A stretch of DNA of 64,000 nt from Takakia lepidozioides (Eukaryota; Plantae; Bryophyta). The notes under the pieces were generated by a model. It was not told where the DNA came from and did not search any database. It was given only the letters and a program-made list of their open reading frames with translations. Shown piece after piece: positions 61,401 to 64,000 of this stretch. The DNA lies in assembly GCA_030704615.1 (NCBI GenBank), contig CM060734.1:23808001-23872000 (forward strand), written 5' to 3'. Made by a program: the position numbers and the translations under genes. Position 1 is the first letter of the stretch; every line of letters begins with the position of its first letter.

Positions 61401-63799
61401 CCTGCTGTGCAGCAGATATATGGTGAATTGACTCTCTTGATTGGAGGGGGAACAAAGAATCTAGAAGTGCAACTATAACAAAAACTCGTCCATTTTGCCA
61501 ACAATAATCCAGCAGCCATTTAAAACCAAGTATACACTGGAAGCATGCAACCCGCCCATGAAGTTAGGCTACCGGAGAAAATCTAAACACATAAAATCCA
61601 CAATGACAAACTCCACTCTCCCAGCCAAGTGTTGCGAGAGCAGGCCCCTACAACCATTGGCACAGAAAAACCACCATGCTACATGTGATTAGGCCATCTT
61701 CCATTTTAGCTCCCTTCTCATGTAGCTCATAAAATCCATAAATCCCGTAAGATTAAACTCTCTGATGACATCATTGGGGCTGCTAAATTTGACAGGTTAC
61801 ATCATATCCGAGATGATGAGAATATGATTATGTAATAGAAGCATCACTGAGTTCCACAAACTAGAGCTTTGGTGTGTGGATCGGATGGCATCAAAAGGCA
61901 ATACAAAGACTGAAAGCTCTGAAGAGTAGTGGCATACATTAATGGCAAAGGATGCTAGATCAAGAGTGCACGAGGCTCCACAGGCTTGCAGCTGTAATGC
62001 CATGGCTTGCAATACCTCTATCGCACTGCACTTGCGACCAAGACCCTGAGAAACAGATTACCGAACATCATCGCAAACTGCAAAACCACATTCCCAGTTC
62101 CCTCCCTCTCTGCATCTCAAACACACAAAGAACCACCCCTTATGCCACCCACCCCCTTTCTCAACACCAGCTGGAACATTTCTAATTACCTCAAGCATGA
62201 AGGAGACATTACTCTTCTTTGGATTGGGGGTCTTATTCGATACTGACTTTGGAGGAGGGGTGAAGGACCAAGCCAGTCCCCAGCGAGAGGTACGACCCTG
62301 CACAAACTCAGTTGTGCGCACAGTTGCTACCCCCACGCTCCAGAGCTTGGCTGTCAGCCCTTTCAGACTGGCTTTCCGTCCCACCATTGTGGTGTACCAA
62401 CTGCTCCCCACCCCCAGCCCACTTAATTGTTGTGTACTTGGCATGATTGAGCATCTATAGCCATGGGCACCCATGTGTAAACCCCTTACAGATTGTACTC
62501 ATAAGACGTTGTTTGCCGTAGCCTAAACCCCTTACAGAGTCTGATCAAAGGGTGTAGCTAGCAAACCATGCAGAAAGTCAGACACAGCTGGTTTATCATC
62601 TTGGCTTTAGTGCACTGAATGAATTTATTGGATTAGGTACTCACTGAATCCTATGCCTGAGCTTGACACTGTCTTCAATGATGCAGTTGACAAAGGCCTC
62701 TTCACCACCCACACAAACCATTTCTTCCCTAGTGCCCCCACAAGCTGTACGGGGGTTGGCTCCAGCTTCCGCCATGCTCTCAAAGAAGGGTGGATTGCAC
62801 ATACAAAAATCAAATCTCTCCTCTTCCTTAACTACTCCCACCAGCACTTGTGAGCACAGTCTGTCATGAGAAACCGGTTCCGATCTGTGAGTCAAATTAT
62901 CCTTCCCTGAAATGGAAGGTACACCATCTGTAGAGTTTGAGGGCTGTCGACATATATCATGCAATTCTGATGATGCCTGGTCCACAGGAGTCAAACACAT
63001 TTCCTGCAGAGCCCTGCTGCAGTTCTTTTGGCCAGAATTGGCAACAACCACAATGTCCGTATGGGCTGGTCCATATGGTCTTGGAGGCGAAAAGTCAGCC
63101 AGTTGTTGCTCCTGTGGAAATGCTCCAGCCTGGGGTCCTTGAGAGAACACACCTTGCGCCTTCTCATGAGTAATTAGAGGGCCAGAGGCTGTGGTGCTGG
63201 TTAGGGGCTGTGGTGCAGGACAAATCTGGGCTGATCCATGTCCTATGTCTCCGCCAATATCAACACTCCTGACTGTTTCAGGATCACCGACATCACTGTG
63301 TGCATTTCTGACTTGAATGAGTTCTGCAATATGGATGTTTTGTCGGACATTCTTCTCTGCCCAGTTGAGAGCAACTGGTGTAATATCTGCTTTAACCAAC
63401 AGCAGGTAGTTAGACAATGCATTAATCTTCCAACAGCTTTGACAATTTGCGATAAAGAGAAAGTGTATGTGCTGATTTTGTGGCAGCTTCATCAATATTC
63501 CATGACTTCCACCATCTGTTCCAGCTAGGCTCTTTATAAAACACGTTCCAAATTGCTTAGGAAAATTTTGGAAAAGGTTACAAAGGAACTTACCTGTACC
63601 AATGAAACGCCAGCCATGTAATGCAGAGCCAAGCAATGGGTAAATGCAATTAGCCCCTGTTCCGATGTCTATACCAAAGATGTTCTGGCTGTCATTCAAG
63701 TGCCATGGGGCAGGGCAAAGGGTAAGTAAGTCTTCAATCCAGTGTATGTAGTTTGCTCGACTTGTGACAGTGGGGCAAAGCTGCCCATCTGGTATCCAC
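58478..63799 (-). CDS. FIO1: U6 snRNA m6A methyltransferase FIONA1/METTL16 (5' exons outside the window); exons 63594-63799, 62645-63386, 62190-62400, 61938-62045, 61092-61253, 58812-58881, 58478-58560
   Basis: LCPTV..RANYIHWIEDLL, DIGTGANCIYPLLG, FDFCMCNPPFF, WYTTMVGRK, TTEFVQGRTSRWGLAWSF, FRAS|VFQQAPG. All GT-AG phases are consistent. Confidence 0.93.
59023..61063 (-). mobile_element. 5'-truncated RTE/RTEX-type LINE in a FIO1 intron
   Basis: RT motifs QAGFR, FLDVKKAYD, GVAQGCTLSPLLF, FADD, YLG; C-terminal CPLC..EDSIHFLIHC. 15-bp TSD TAATGGCTGTAAAGA at 59008-59022 and 61064-61078. Confidence 0.93.
62493..62523 (-). mobile_element. 31-bp LINE 3'-end insertion in a FIO1 intron
   Basis: Identical to 59023-59053. 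15-bp TSD TAAACCCCTTACAGA at 62478-62492 and 62524-62538. Confidence 0.9.
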
Positions 63800-64000
63800 C
63801 TGGGACAAAAGCAGCCCAAAAAACGCACGAGTCAAATGGTAAAGAAAAACAAAGACAAGACACTTTATGATGTATGTGGGCAGAGGGCTCAGAGGACCCA
63901 TGGGAGAGAGAGAGACAGTTTGTTACAAGTCTGTAGGGCCTATGGGGCCAAACAAGACTTCCAAAATGAAAACCAAACCAATGAAGGTATTATGCTAAGC

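Noticed and set aside
62641-63828. 395-aa ORF as a single-exon protein
   Set aside because: It reads through an in-frame intron (63387-63593); it is two FIO1 exons.

Overview
Eukaryotic, land-plant-type genomic DNA; a non-flowering (bryophyte-grade or similar) host is my inference from gene and TE types. Host genes: an intronless subfamily-VIIIa (BONOBO-like) bHLH (491-1978, -), a 4-exon APR-like thioredoxin-fold gene (20413-22938, +), a degenerate XS/coiled-coil/RING gene (55.5-58.2 kb, +) and the 3' six exons of FIO1/METTL16 (58478-63799, -). The rest is mostly transposons: a MULE-type MITE, a copia relic, a CACTA end, a TSD-bounded hAT, RTE/RTEX-type LINE insertions and a 24-kb nest of Ty3/gypsy elements (23.8-48.2 kb). 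The main result is in that nest. Two decayed copies of a Ty3/gypsy retrotransposon encode a DNMT3-like C5-cytosine methyltransferase inside Pol, between protease and RT. Copy 2 also ends with a PHD finger after integrase, giving Gag-PR-DNMT-RT-(RH)-INT-PHD. Copy 1 was hit twice by a chromodomain-bearing chromovirus. A further unrecognised, spliced minus-strand protein family (motif PAPxGFVHMxYP) occurs at two loci 45 kb apart. All calls come from reading motifs by eye; no database search was run.
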